A DNA stretch of 64,000 bases from Octopus vulgaris (lineage: Eukaryota), in the NCBI GenBank assembly GCA_951406725.2, contig OX597825.1, positions 32,116,001 to 32,180,000 on the forward strand, given 5' to 3'. Within the stretch, counting starts at the first letter, position 1. Each line of letters begins with the position of its first letter. The notes beneath the pieces are model-generated. The model saw only the letters and a program-made list of their open reading frames with translations, was not told where the DNA came from and did not search any database. This document shows positions 13,678 to 27,544 of the stretch, piece after piece. The position numbers and the translations under genes were made by a program.

Positions 13678-14973
13678 ATATGATGAAAGATATACTTTCT
13701 TCATTCAGCCATCAGCAAGTGAAATAAACCATGTTATTGATAGAAATAGAAATAATATATTTATTTAAGAAGCATTCATGGGGCAAAAAGACCATTTTCT
13801 CACATACCAACATTACTAAAATGCTTATTAAAGTGTTGGTGTGTTAGGAAATTTTTGTTTTTAAAATGTCACCAGAATTACTGTCACAATTCCAACATTT
13901 CAAGGCACCAATCTAGCAGAAGTGTTTGCATGCTGGGCAGCATTTCACCCATCTTTACATTCTGAGTTTCAATTCCACTGAGGTTGACTTTGTCTTTCAT
14001 ATTTTCAGGGTCAATAAAATAAGTACCAACTGATCACTGGTACCTACCCCTCCTCTAAAATTTCTGACCTTGTGCCAAAATTTGAAACGAATATTTCAAC
14101 ATTTGGTTGAGATATTTGGAGGAAAACTCAACTCTGATTGAATTTGGTGTTTGGGGAGAATTTTTCCTCCTTTGGTGTCTGAAAAATTTGAAACTTGGAA
14201 TTTGTAGTCAGTTTTTTATGCTTTGATTTTTTTTCTACTTCTGAACCACACGGTTTCATGTTCAGTACCACCACATAGCACTTTGGATGAGTATCTTTTT
14301 GTATAACTCCAGGCAGACCAAAGTCTTGTGAGTGGATTGAACTTGATGGAAATTGAAAGAAACCTGGCTATTTATCCTTTTCTCAATCTATGGAGAAATA
14401 GCTTAATTTCCCCTGGTTTGTATGTCTATTGTTTAGGGTACAGGCCCCTGATATTAAATAAAATGTTAAGCACATATAGCATACAAATTGGTAACCTCTG
14501 TTTTCTGAAGCTACAAGACCCATTGTGTATATGAACAGACTGGTTCCTTGTTTCTCTGGGATTGGTCAAATGATGCATGCACCTCTAATGAGAACTCAAT
14601 AGGATTCAAAAATCAATTAAGGCTCTTCATAATTTTCTCAATCAATGGAAAACTAATCAAATTTTTCTGTGTGTGCATGTATATTTTTGTATGAATGTAT
14701 GTATGTGTATCTGTGTCTCTTTGTCTCGACATCACAAGGTAGTTGTAAATGAGCATCACCATCACACAAGCAGTGTTGTTTGTTTCCAGTCTGCTGTAAA
14801 AACATGTCCAGCCATGAGGAAATATTGTCTTGCTTGGAGACAGATGAGGTTTGATAGCAGGGAGAACATCCATGCAGAGAAAATTTACGTCAACAAATTC
14901 CACCTGACACATGCAAGCATAGAAAAGTGGACATTAAAGTGATGATGACAATGATGATGACGATGATGATGAC

Positions 14974-15008
<35 letters not shown>

Positions 15009-15255
15009 AAAGTGGAAGAAAGGCAGTGATTGCCTTTACCCCTTTACAGGGTTTCTGAGATTTATTGGAAGGGTGGACATTAGCTTCAAATTAAATGCCT
15101 TAACTGAATGCTTGCATCAGAGTGGACTCACCTAAAAGTACCTAAGGTGTCAGGAGTGGAGATGTTAAAGGGGGAGGAATGGATTAAATCTGTTTTTGTT
15201 ATTTTGTCCTATTTTCTTTTCTTTTTTTTTTGTCCTGAAAATAAAATGATTTCTA

Positions 15256-15635
15256 ATATGAGAATATTGAGGATAGCATAAACAGACAAAGGGTCTAAAG
15301 AAGTGATGACCTGCATTGCAGTAAATAGGAAACTGCTTCAGGAGATAAGGGCTAAACAGACTGAAATTTCTTGGTCATGAGATGAGGAATGAGGGCCTGA
15401 AGAATCTAACAGTTATCTAAATTCTCCAGGCCCTTTTTCTTCATTACATGACTGGAAAGATTGAAGGGAAAAGAAGCAGAGAAAGGGGAAGGATGATATG
15501 GATGCCAAGCTTGATGAACTGATTGGAAGAAAGGGGTATTAAACACCAGGGAATGGAAATTATTACAGAAAATAAAGAACTGAGAATTGTGTTAAGGTAC
15601 GATCACCTATGTCCTACGTTCTGGACATAGCACCT
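15256..15635 (+). mobile_element. RTE (BovB-like) LINE C-terminal remnant
   Basis: Degenerate translation MRILRIA..., RKLLQEIR..., MTGKIEGKRSRERGRMIWM matches the typical RTE C-terminus GKIEGKRxRGR. Confidence 0.6.
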
Positions 15636-15845
15636 AAAAACAAAAAGAAAAATTTGAGTAGGAAGGGATCAAGAAGTTTTGGGGCATTTTTGTTATTAGT
15701 TAAATCAAACCTGTTGAAGACTGGATTTTTTTTTATTGACCCAGAAGGATGATTAACAATGTTAACCATAACAGAATTTGAACCTGCAATGTAATGGAAC
15801 AAAACTATACAGTGCAAAGTAGTTAGTCTAACATTATACCATTAC

Positions 15846-16230
15846 GGAGCTGGCAGAATTGTTAGCATGCTGGGTGAAATGCTTGGTGGTAATTTGTCTG
15901 TCTTTACGTTCTGAGTTCAAATTCTGCTGAGGTTGACTTTGCTTTCATCCTTTTGGGATCGATAAATTAAGTATCAGTTGCATACTGGGGTTGATCTAAT
16001 CGACTGGCCCCCTCCCCCAAAATTTCGGGTCTTGTACCTAGTGTAGAAAAGAATCGTTAGCACATCAGGCAAAATGCTTAGCGGTATTTCGTCTGCAGCT
16101 ACATTCTGAGTTCAAATTTCATCGAAGTCACCTTTGCCTTTCATCCTTTCGGGGTTGGTTAAGTAAGTACCAGTTTGATTTACCCCCTCCCACCAAATTT
16201 CAGGCCTTGTACCAATAGTAGAAAGGATTA
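15846..16230 (+). mobile_element. Meta-domain-like SINE with partial tandem second copy
   Basis: GAGCTGGCAGAATTGTTAGCA... followed at ~16052 by a 5'-truncated repeat of the same body. Confidence 0.8.
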
Positions 16231-17188
16231 TACCATTACTGATATTCCAAAATATATTCCAATATAATTATTATAATGATAGCAATTATAATAATTATTC
16301 TGATTAATAAATGTTTTCATTAGATAATGATAGTAATTATAAAGGTAATTTTATTATCATAATGGTGACATATGTCTGGGGAATTGCTGCCGCTGCTGCT
16401 AATTATGAAATAGAACAAAAATTAAACAGAAAAGAAATTTAAAATGCTAAAAAGCAAAAGAAACTGAATGTGCAAATAAGCTCCTTTCTATAGAGAGTAT
16501 TTATAAAAAGGTGGACAACTATCATTTATGATTATGAAACTCCCTTAATTTTTTGTAACAGCACATGGTTGAAAATTGTTTCTGATAAAATTTGTTAATT
16601 GAAGCAACAAAATCATTATTTTATATATGCTCCAATAGTAGTGAATTATTAAAGTTGTTAGATGAAATGTCTTAGGGTATTTATTCTTGTGCTATGAGTT
16701 CAAACCCTGCTGAGGTCAACTTTACATTTTATTCTTCTGGTTCAATAAATAAAATACCAGTTTAGGGTGTTTGATGATATACCTTATGGTGTTTGTTTTG
16801 ACAGTTTGTGTTCTGAGTACCTCTGGTTTAATACCACACCCTGGTTCTTGGGTGCTTTTAGTGAAGTCCACAATACTACAAGCATTTGGGCCAGGCCTTT
16901 ATTTTGAGGATACCAGCTTCCTTATCTCGCTCCCACCCTCCAACTAGTCTTGGAGGAACTGTAAAAGGCCATGGCCTCCCTTACTAAAAAGGATTATCAA
17001 AAAACCTTGGCATAAACCTGCCTCCCTCAATATTCCAATCATTTGAGGGGTTTTTGTCTTGTAAGTTCTTTGGTAACCTCACTGGTGCTGGTGCCATGCA
17101 AAAAGCACTCAGTACACGTTGTAAAGTGGTTGGCATTTGGAAGGGCATCTTGCTGTATCAATCATGCCAATGCAGACTGTTTAGCTTG

Positions 17189-17488
17189 TTTGTTCCTTCT
17201 CGAGCCATGCCTGGCTCATAAGGGCCAGTTTCCTGGTTTCCTTGGCATATAGGTTCCCCACCTGGACGGGACGCCGGTCCATCACAGGTGAGCTGCAAGA
17301 TGCCGGAGGAAAGAGTGAGAGAAAGTTGTAGCGAAAGAATCAGCAGAAGTTCGCCATTAGCTTCTGCCAGAGCCGCATGGAGCTTTGGTGTTTCGCTCAT
17401 AAACACACACATCGCCCGGTCTAAGATTGGAACCCGCAATCCCTCGACCGTACGTCCGCTGCTCTATCCACTAGACCATGTGCCTCCA
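17189..17488 (-). mobile_element. tRNA-derived SINE inserted in an RTE 3' tail
   Basis: Minus head TGGAGGCACATGGTCTAGTGGATAGAGC...GGGTTCCAATC. 16-bp TSD CAGACTGTTTAGCTTG at 17173 and 17489. Confidence 0.85.
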
Positions 17489-19268
17489 CAGACTGTTTAG
17501 CTTGGCACAGCTCCTGTCAAATCATCCAACCCATGCCAGCATGGAAAGTGGATGTTAGATGATGATGATGATGATTTATGGAAGCAAACACAAGCAGACT
17601 ATTTGGTTATTTAGGAACTGGAAAGAGGTAGAGTGGTTGTGAGTTTTTGTGTTAGTCTACAAACACTGGTTTTTTGTTGCTGTTGTTTAGCTCCAGGTCT
17701 GTCCTGATTGAGCTGCCCATGATTAAAGGCACTACAACCATGATCATAACATCTTTTTGCCTTTTTTTTTCCAGATATCGTGTATCTAGAGGTACATTTT
17801 CCAATGTATCCTTTCGTTCTTTTTATCATGGTAGGATGTAATTTGAGGGAGATTTAATTACTATTTCTAATAGGTTTCCTTGTTAACTCAAGGTCTGTGA
17901 CATAGCACAATAATCCTGCATAGTTTAGTTTGCTCAACTAACAAACAATGACCGCTCTTAAAGGTCAAATAAGAAAAGTACCCACTCCTCCTCCTCCTCT
18001 TCTCTTCCTCCTTTTCTCCTCTTCCTTCTCCTCTTCTTCCTCCTCTCCTCTCCTCTTCATCTTCCTCCTCTTCCTCTCCTCTTCCTCTCCTCTTCATCTT
18101 CCTCCTCTCTTATCCCCCTCCTCCTCTCTTCTTCCCCTCCTTCTCTTCTCCTCTCCTCCTCCTCCTCCTCCTCCTCATCATCATCAGCAGCAGCATCAGT
18201 AGCATCACCATCCTGCTCTTCTCCTCACCAGCATTATTTTCATTTTATGTCTGTCTTTTTTCCATGCTTGCATAGGTTGGACAGAGTTTCCATTTATAAA
18301 AAAATAATTGATTCCTCTATCAATATGTAAATGTTCAAATTTGTGGAAACTCATTCTACACATAATAGCTTTGTAAAAACTCCCTTTATGATCTGAGTTC
18401 AAATCTTGCTGGTTCAACTGTGGCTTTCGTCCATTCAAGGTTTTATATCATAAGGGATGTCATAAAAGTTAATGGTAAAAAAGCCATTCTAGCCATGAGA
18501 GTTACTGAAAATAGATTTGAAATGAAAGAAAAAGCAAAAAGAAGACAAAAAAAAAACGAAAGTCAACCTATCCATGATTGCTATGAAAAATAGATTTACA
18601 ATAGTAAAAATTGTAAAAAAAGAAAATTAATTATATAGTTAGAAATCTGAGAATATTATTAAATAAATTAATGTGGTAATAACCATCAATGTAGTATGAG
18701 TACATTAGCTGTCTGTATGTGGTCTATATTAATTGTGTATATGTCTGTGTATATAGAGAAGTAAAGAATAGAGTCCAGCTGACCAGACATAGTCATAAAA
18801 GATGGTAAAAATGTGAAATATATGGAATGATCGATATGTCATGTCTTTCAGATATAAAAATACAGCAATGAAAGATGGTGAGAAAAACCTCTGAATATAA
18901 ATCAATGTAAGTGTGTTGTGAAACTGTCAGATCTGTATAAAAGTCTGCTTTCCACAAACCACCAAGGGAGCCTCTGTTCTACACTCTTACTTGACCTACC
19001 AGAAATAGCAGCTAAATCGCATTCTACAATCACATTCCTCAAATCATGTTCTATGATGTTTTTTTTTTAAAGATACATAAAAAAAAAAACAGAAACATAT
19101 AAAATGTGTTCAGTAACATTCTTGGAATTTCAAACCAAAATCTTTATTCAAATCAATTGCATAGAAGTTTGTGTTTTGGATAGCTGTTCCCTTCTCCCCT
19201 CTTCTGGTGTTCTTCATTGGTTGTTTTATTTTTCTATATTTTTTTCATAATGCCATCAACCACTTTAA

Positions 19269-19730
19269 TCCTTTACCATTTAAACCAACCATATCCAACC
19301 AAAATATTCTACTTGTTTTACATTCAGACCTGCCAGATCCTATTTCTTTACTGCCCACAAGGGGGTAAACACAGAGGGGACAAACAAGGACAGAAAAAAT
19401 GGATTAAGTCGATTGTATCGACCCCAGTGCATAACAGGTGCTTAATTTATCAACCCTGAAAGGATGAAAGGCAAAGTTGACCTCGGCAGAATTTGAACTT
19501 AGAACGTAACAGCAGACGAAATACCGCTAAGCATTCCACCCGGCTTGTTAACATTGCTACCAGCTTGTTGCCAGACCTGCCAGATCCAGCCTCTCACACC
19601 TGCCCAACAATGTCATTCTAAAAATATACAATCAAACACATTATTAAAATCTCACAGCTACATGATTAATTGAAAATAATGGGGAAGAAATGAGCAATGC
19701 ATTTGACTGAGTCATCTGAATGTTAAGGGG
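19269..19730. mobile_element. piggyBac-type MITE with nested SINE (19341-19571, minus)
   Basis: TTAA flanks at 19265 and 19731, termini TCCTTTA...TAAGGGG. The nested SINE has the 16-bp TSD CAGACCTGCCAGATCC. Confidence 0.75.
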
Positions 19731-20390
19731 TTAAAATGACATGTTTGTTTGTTTGTGTGGTGTAGTTATACATAAAAAAAGGGGAGGGTATGGGGACTAA
19801 TCATTAAGGTGTTGCATCCATGATTGTGAGCCATGATTGTGAGCCATGGAACACCATTCTCCTGTCCAAGCGATGTTGATTTGATGGAGCAGGAGTATGC
19901 TCATGTACAACTCAAGCATCTGACCACTATACACAAATCGTTTGTGCAGGTTGGTCAGCAAGAAATTGTAAAACTGCCTTTCTTGGTCTTGGACTTCAGC
20001 GACTACCATTATTATTGCATAAAAACAATCAAACACTTGTGGAAGGATCGCTCAATGTGTTTAACTGTCAGGTGATCAGTCTTTGGAAACTACATTATCA
20101 TTGTCATCATCATCATCAATTTAAAGTTATCACGAAAGATTGTTGAATGAGGAGAATGCTTCAGAGAGAGAGAGAGAGTGGATCTACTCTAAATGGATCT
20201 GATTGAGAATCAAGCCATCTAGTTTTAGATTAGCACAATAGATATAGCAATTAAGGATACAAATATGAGAAAGACAGCTGGACTGTTAGATGGTGAAATG
20301 TCGAAAATATTTGGATGGACAGGTTGCATAGCAGCCACTCACTCTCTGTTTGTCTGCCTGTCTCCCTCTCTCTCTCACATAGATGTATGC

Positions 20391-20449
<59 letters not shown>

Positions 20450-20451
<2 letters not shown>

Positions 20452-20630
20452 GGACGACTGAACTCAACACGTTTTTTCATTCCCTCTCTATTTATTTCCT
20501 CTTATTCCTTTCTGTCGAAGAGCGTAGGCTCGAAACATAAAAGACTTTTCCATTTTTCCTGAGTGTCAAACTAATACACTTCGTTGTTCCTACACCTGTC
20601 TTCATCTTTGTTTTTCTATAAATTTCAACT
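20450..20630 (+). mobile_element. Short hammerhead-bearing Penelope-like mini-element
   Basis: CTTT-CTGTCGA-A-GAGC-GTAG-GCTC-GAAAC-ATA-AAAG at 20508-20543. Homologous to 11630-11800. Confidence 0.6.
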
Positions 20631-20698
20631 ATATCTATCTATCCATCTATCTGTCTGTCTGTCTGCCTGCCTGCCTGTCTGCCTGTCTGTCTGTCTGG

Positions 20699-20737
<39 letters not shown>

Positions 20738-20777
20738 TCTATCTGTATATATATATATATATATATATATGTAAAAA

Positions 20778-22029
20778 CAGACATGACTGAAGTACATAGA
20801 CACCCCCATAAAACATTGTTTTATATTTATTTTAACTTGAAAAGGTTTATTTTTTTTATTAATGGACATTTTTATGTTTCAGGTTCTATATGTGACTGTT
20901 TAATCATGCCACGTACAAAAGAAGCCTTGGAACTGTCCAAATTTCAAAGAGGCTGTATTGTGAGCCAATCTGAAGGTGGGCTTAGTCAGCGTAAAATCGC
21001 ACAAAACCTTGGGATCCTGCTTCCTACAGTTAATAGGGTGATTGTGAAATTCATCAGAGAAGGGAAGGAGTCCACATTACCTTGTCCAAGTTGACCAGGA
21101 CTCTCTGACAGGACCATTTGCTTTGTAAAGGGATGTGTGGAGCATAATCAGAATTGCAAGGCCTCTAAGATAGTAGAACAAGTTGATATCAGTCTCAGAA
21201 CTGCTGTCAGGTATCTCTACAAACTTGGTTACTATGGCAGAGCAGCAAGAAGGAAGCCACTTCTTCAAATAGCCAATATCAAGTGGAGAAAAGATTGGGC
21301 CAGTGAGATGATGGAGTGGCCACAACCATTTTAGGACACTATCATATTCTCAGATGAGTCTAGATTTGCTGTGTCTTCTGACAGTGGTTAAGTATGGGTC
21401 TGGAAACTCTGTGATCAAGAATTTGACATGAAAAAATTGCTGCCAACAATGAAACAAGGCAGGTATTCTGTGTATTCTGTGATGGTCTGGGGAGCAATGG
21501 TCAATCAGAGCTGATGGGGTGTGATGAAAACATAAACTCAGATAAATATGTGTCCATATTGCAGGAAGGACCCCTTCTACTCTTCTCCAGTGGTGAAATG
21601 ATTAAACTGGATGCTTTATTTATGGAAGATGGTGCTCCTTGTCACATGGCTAAAAAGACCCAAGATTTGTTGGAAAAGAATGGCATTAAAAACCTTCCAT
21701 GGTCAAGCCAGTCACCAGATATGAACCCTACTGAACACCTCTGGGGCATAATGGACAGGACACTTCATAAAAAGAACAAGAAAGCATCCTCAAAGCCAGG
21801 TCTTTTGAGATTACTGCATGAAACTTGGTAAAAAATTCTCCAAGAGAATATTCATCATTTGATCAGTAGCATGCCTTATAGGATCCTTGCATTGAAAAAT
21901 GCAAAGGACATGTCTACTAAATATTATATATTTACATTATAATAATTAATATATAATTTGAATGTATAATTTCAGATTTAAATAAATTTTAATGATTATA
22001 AGGCTGTCTATTTACTTCTGTCATGTCTG
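20778..22029 (+). mobile_element. Tc1-like DNA transposon, degenerate
   Basis: TIRs: CAGACATGACTGAAGTACATAGACA versus reverse complement CAGACATGACAGAAGTAAATAGACA. Transposase fragments: [56 protein letters not shown]. Confidence 0.93.
20906..21927 (+). pseudogene. Tc1-family (DD34E-type) transposase pseudogene
   Basis: ATG at 20906. Stops and frameshifts split it into ORFs 20783-21094, 21137-21334 and 21514-21831. Confidence 0.88.
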
Positions 22030-22033
22030 TGTA

Positions 22034-23284
22034 TAGGTTGTTTCACATGAAATGTTGCATTTGAAAAAGGAAGCATTAAAATTGCTTTTTAAGTTTTAGA
22101 ATATTTATTTATTTAATCAAAATATGATCCTTGTTCATTTATGACTTTCATCTAATGTTCCTCTAAGGCATATATTCCATCTTCAAAGAATTTGTCATCT
22201 TTAACATTGATAAACTGTTTGAATGCTTCAATTACCTCTTTATTTAAGAATGTTTTATTGTGTATAGCAAGCTTGAAGTGTTTAAATATGTGATAATCAG
22301 TAGGAAAGATATCAGGAGAATAAAGAAGATGTGCCAAAATTTCATAATTCAGGCTTTGCAATTTGTGGACTGTAGCTTGAGAAGTGTGAGGCTGTGAATT
22401 ATCATGAAGCAAAATTGGGCCATCTCTATTCTCTAATCTGGGCTGCTTCTTTTTTTAAGTTTACGTGCATACAATCAATTTCCTGACAATAGGATGTTGC
22501 AGTTACAGTTTTTCCTTGTTGCAAAAATGAATAATGAATAACCCCCTTTGCTGACCACCATATGGTGACCATCAACTTTTCAGGGTGTAATAGTGTTTTG
22601 AGTAGTGTTTTAGTGACTCTTCTGCATTTAACCACCGGCCTGTCCTCCTGATGTTATCAAAGAGTATCCATTTCTCATCACATGTAATGAGTCGATACAA
22701 AAATGGTTCTGTTTCCAGCCGAGAAATCAACATGGAACACACTGTAAGGTGTCTGTTTCTTTGAATCTCATTAAGTTGATGGGGAGCAAACCTATCCATC
22801 TTTTTCACTTTTCCAATTTCCTTTAAATGTCGAGAAGCAGTTGTGGAAGATGTCTGGAGCTTTGATCTGATTTTTCGGACTGTTGTCCTCAGATTTTGTT
22901 TAACTAAAGCATTCAATTCATCATGCCAAATAACTGATTTTTGTCTCCTTCTTGGTCCATTTTTAAGGCTTTCATTTCCTGAATGAAATCTTTGGAACCA
23001 TCTATGAACAGTTCTGATGTCAACAGAATTGTTACTTGATATTTCGTAGAGCTTCAGTGGCAAAGTGACCCAACTTGTATTCGTACAAGAAAATCACTTG
23101 GTATTGTTCAATTGTCAACATTGTCATAAGAGCTGTAGGTAGCAATTTTGAATAATAGAATTGTCTAGAAAGAAGAGAGTTAAGAGTAAACACAAGCATA
23201 TGCATAGAAACTCATTAAAAATTCATTTATTGATGACTCATAAGAAACCCATTTAAAATACAACATTTCATGTGAGACAACCTA
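22034..23284 (-). mobile_element. mariner-like DNA transposon, degenerate
   Basis: TIRs: TAGGTTGTTTCACATGAAATGTTG versus reverse complement TAGGTTGTCTCACATGAAATGTTG. Minus-strand motifs: FAPHQL, LITCDEKW, MVTIWW, LHDNSQPH, YSPDIFPTDY (DD34D-type). Confidence 0.94.
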
Positions 23285-23291
23285 ATATATA

Positions 23292-24299
23292 TCTATCTAT
23301 GTATATGAAACTGAGAATGTGTGTCTGTCTGTGTGAATCCCTAAAACTTGAAAACATACACAACCAATTTAATTCAAATTTTACACATGCTTTACATAGG
23401 GTCCAGGGAGTGTCATGGGCAAAAAGATTTCTAACTTCTTGCCTAGGGCGATCCCACAGCAATATCATATCTTCTCCACTATTTCAGTATTATGTGTTAA
23501 AAGTGAAACAAAAACATCTCTCTATTGTAATGTCAGATACTTTCACTTTAATACTGAAACTATTAAAGTCAAACTATTATATAAGAGGGATGAACCATTA
23601 ACAGTGGACATCCATTTTGCTAGAAGATCCGCTATGGTTTTATATGCTACACCACTGGTTTTCAATTCATATTAATCAAATTAATATTCAATTTCTCACC
23701 TTTATTATTTTAAATTTAAATTTAAGCCCAGGACCATGTGTTTTGGAATGAAGTTTGTTATCACACAGCCACATCTGCACCTATGTATGTGTGTGTGTGT
23801 CTTTGTGTTTCTCCCCCATCCCTGCCTCACAACTGGTGTTCGTTTATTTACATCCCCATAACTTACTGGTTTCACAAGAAGAAACTGATAGAATAAGTAC
23901 CAGGCTTATCAAAATATAAAAGAAAACCACTAGGCAGTATCTCATATTTTTATTTGCCCACACAATTTATCTTTGTGTGTGGTGTGTGTGTATATACATA
24001 CATACACACACATACACACACATATATATATATATATGGATTTTGTAGACAGAAACTTAAAGAAATCAATCGTATATATATGTACGTTTATATTTAAGTG
24101 TATGTGTGTGACTTTGTTTCTGTGTTTCACCCTCATCACTGCTTCACAACTGCTGTTCATTTATTTACATCCCCATAACTTTCTGGTTTCACAAGAAGAA
24201 ACTAATAGAAGAAGTACCTGGCTTATCAACATAAAAAAAGCACTACGCTGTGTCTCATATTTTTGTTTGCCCACTCAGTTGTATCTATCAATTTATCTT

Positions 24300-24395
<96 letters not shown>

Positions 24396-25994
24396 GTGTA
24401 CATTCATATTTATTATATCAAAGACAATGTCTTTATGTGTTCGTGTATTACTTATACATTCAAAAACTGCTTCACCGATCACAAGGAAATTTGGAATACA
24501 AAATCGAAGTCTAGAGAGAAGGGTAATGCTGTGTGTTTCATACAATTTCATGGAGCAAAATTACTGAATGGATCCTTATGGTATTTGAAACTTAGATTCA
24601 ATGCATAAGGACGAGTATAATGCAATATGTTTGGTTTGAATTTCAGATGGCTTAAAGGGGGCAGAACCCCCCATGAAAATTCATAAATTTTCAATGTTGA
24701 TGAAATTTCAACTAGGGGTAATTGACACACATCAAGAAGTATTCTCAAAGTTTCCACTTCACATGAGGATTCTAAGACACCCTAATACTAGTACTGAATG
24801 GATCTTTATGAAATTTGGAAATTATATTCTATGCATAAGGGCCACAACCCCCATGACTATTCATATATTTTTGCTGTTGATGAAATTTTAACCATAGATA
24901 TTAGATACAAATGAAGTAATATTTATAAAATTTCATCTTCTTACAAGTTAGAAAGACCCCTTCATGGGGATTTAACACCCACAATTTTGTCATTTTATCT
25001 AAGCAAAGACGGATAGTTGTACTCTTGGAGGTTGTGGGGTCATCCGAGCATAGAAGATGAACATTATTTGTAATTCAATGGTACAACAGTGTAAGAGTTT
25101 GCTTTGATATACACTTAGATTGTGATTTCTGCAATGTGCTGCATAACTTGTTAAGTAAATGAGAGGCATCTTTGTCTCCACTGATTCAGTTGCAAAGTGT
25201 TGAGTAAAGTTATTTGATTGCAGATCTCCTTTCAGTCTTTTTATTATCACTGGGTCACACATAGTCCCCACATGGTAACATTGATTTTAAGGCCTTCCCG
25301 GATGAGTGACTGGTTATTCAAAGACATTTATAGATTGTATATTTATTCTGTCCAGTTACGTATCAGTATAGTGGTCATTTGCAAACTCCAACTTTCATTT
25401 CTCCTTAGCCCTCACGACACACAGTTGTTAATGTTTATTTCAGTTGGGTCACGCCCTTCCAATTGCTATAGATTCATAATGCATCTTATGGCTGTGCCTG
25501 TCACCTGCATGGTGAGGAATACTACATTGGGAGTGGTAACGACTAGAGTACTGTAGCTGACTGCTTATTGTGATCATTCGTCTTTTGGTTTCCTGTAGCT
25601 TTGCTCTCTTTTACAAACCCAGTGAACATATATTTCCTATTTCAAAGATTCTCAACAATTCAACTTCTCTGGTTGACATTAAGATGCCCACCCCCAATAA
25701 GGGTGTTAACTCTCACATTTTAGAGCTCCATGACCTCCATTTTTCAGGAGAAAAATCCTTTTAACAGGTTCTATAAGACTGGAATTTTGGAATATGCGCA
25801 TAAAAATCAGTAGTATGGGATACATGTGGCATGATTACAATTTTGTTTGGGTGTGTAAAGAGGGAAATAACCCTTATCTGCAATTTTGATGAAATTCGAA
25901 ACATAGATATTCCAGTTCATTACAGAAAATATAACAGAAAAATCTAATTTTTCAATTGTATGTAACTCAGGCAACGCCGGGTAACTCTGCTAGT
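23292..25994 (+). mobile_element. Helitron-derived element with internal cargo and nested SINE pieces
   Basis: 5' end A|TC...TATATGAAACTGAGAATGTGTGTCTGTCTG. 3' end has hairpin ACTCAGGCAACGCCGGGT followed by CTAG|T at 25990-25994. It may be two or more nested Helitrons, as a second 5'-like segment lies near 24410. Confidence 0.6.
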
Positions 25995-26044
25995 ATATAT
26001 ATATATTGTTATATTTTATATTATAATATATTATCTATCTATCA

Positions 26045-26083
<39 letters not shown>

Positions 26084-26119
26084 TTATATTTTATATTATA
26101 ATATATTATTTATCTATCA

Positions 26120-26168
<49 letters not shown>

Positions 26169-27058
26169 GTATGTGCATGTATATCTCTTGCCATTGTATA
26201 TTACTAAATACATGTTCAAGCATGTATTTCTTCTGACCAAGTTGTATATCATCCCCGTCACCCGCCTCCACCCACTCCACCCCATCTCCCTCTTCTTTAT
26301 AAATGCAATGACCCAGTGATTGGTTTTGTTTGGAAACCTTCAACCAGCAACCTCCTTGTTTACAAAATGTATGCCGTAAAACATAAATAAACTAAACTAT
26401 CCGTGTTTTATTTCTCTTTATTTCATCTCCATTGTTAAACACATCATATAATTAGTTATATATTTAATGTATGACTTGAAGTCCATTTCTTATATTTGAT
26501 TTCCTATTTAAAATACTTTTTTTCCCCATCAAAGCTGATAATTGTCATAGAGAAACAGGTAAGCTATAGGCATGTTTAAACTATAGCTTGATTCCAGCTA
26601 TTTATTAATGTAAATTCTTCACTAGTGGCACTAACGTTCTTTGAGAAGACATGAACTTGAAACTTCCTATTCACTTTCTTCTTAAGACACATAACTTCCT
26701 GTTGGGTTTTGTCAAAAAGAAACCAATATTCTTTACAAATTTCTTTCTGTTTCTTTCACTGCATCATTCACTTCCTTTCTTCCCAACTTTTATTTTGATC
26801 TTAGAACTCGCTGTTATTGAACTGCAGACCATTCCTTACTCCAAACGTGGAATCTTATTTTTTTTATTTTCTATTTTCAATGGAATATTATTCTTTCATT
26901 ATTACTGTTATTTCTATTTTTGGTTTGTTCCATCTCATATTTCAAAGAAGAATGCTGTAGATTATGAAAAGCATTCTTACGCAAAGTTCATAGTTAATTA
27001 ATGGTAGTGTCAGCATTTATAGAGACAAGAATCATCGTCTCTTCCATTAATCTTGTAG

Positions 27059-27120
27059 TTGTTTCTGGTTTTTCAAACAAACAATTCCAGTGTCTTTGAA
27101 AGAATCTTATAAACTGCATG
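27059..27120 (+). CDS. Candidate small coding exon (CFWFFKQTIPVSLKESYKLH)
   Basis: Acceptor TCGTCTCTTCCATTAATCTTGTAG, donor ATG|GTAAAT, one open frame (phase 2 to 1). Confidence 0.25.
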
Positions 27121-27544
27121 GTAAATACTGCAAATTGAAGCCTTCCTACTCTATCAATACCATTCCAGTTGCTAGATTTTTCTTGTTAGAATCATTGCCT
27201 CACCGACACAATTGATTTTCTTCTATTTTTCTAACTTCCCTTCAGATTCTCTTTTAATCCATTCTGTTATTTTAATTTGACTGGCAGATTCTTCACTTTC
27301 CTCCTCACTATCTGCCTCTCTCTTTTCTCTTCCCTTCCCCACCACACATGCACATGAACACACACAGAATGGGCTTCATTTAATTTCCATACACCAAATT
27401 TATCAAATTCCCTTGCAAGTTATTGAGTGGTCCATGTCTAAAATAGAAGTCATGTACCCTGGGTGCTATGTTGTGGGACCAACCCTGAAAACACATGGTT
27501 GTCAAGCAAACTCTCAAACCATACAGCCCCACTTGCACCTGTAG

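Noticed and set aside
19797-20075. Overlapping ~80-aa ORFs in unique-looking sequence
   Set aside because: No recognisable motif or splice boundaries.
22572-23063. Intact or domesticated (SETMAR-like) mariner transposase
   Set aside because: Frameshifts split the catalytic domain, TIRs are still present and there is no SET domain.
25200-25310. RPA70 OB-fold capture by the Helitron (KINVTMWG)
   Set aside because: Only a short motif resemblance, surrounded by stops. Insufficient without a search.
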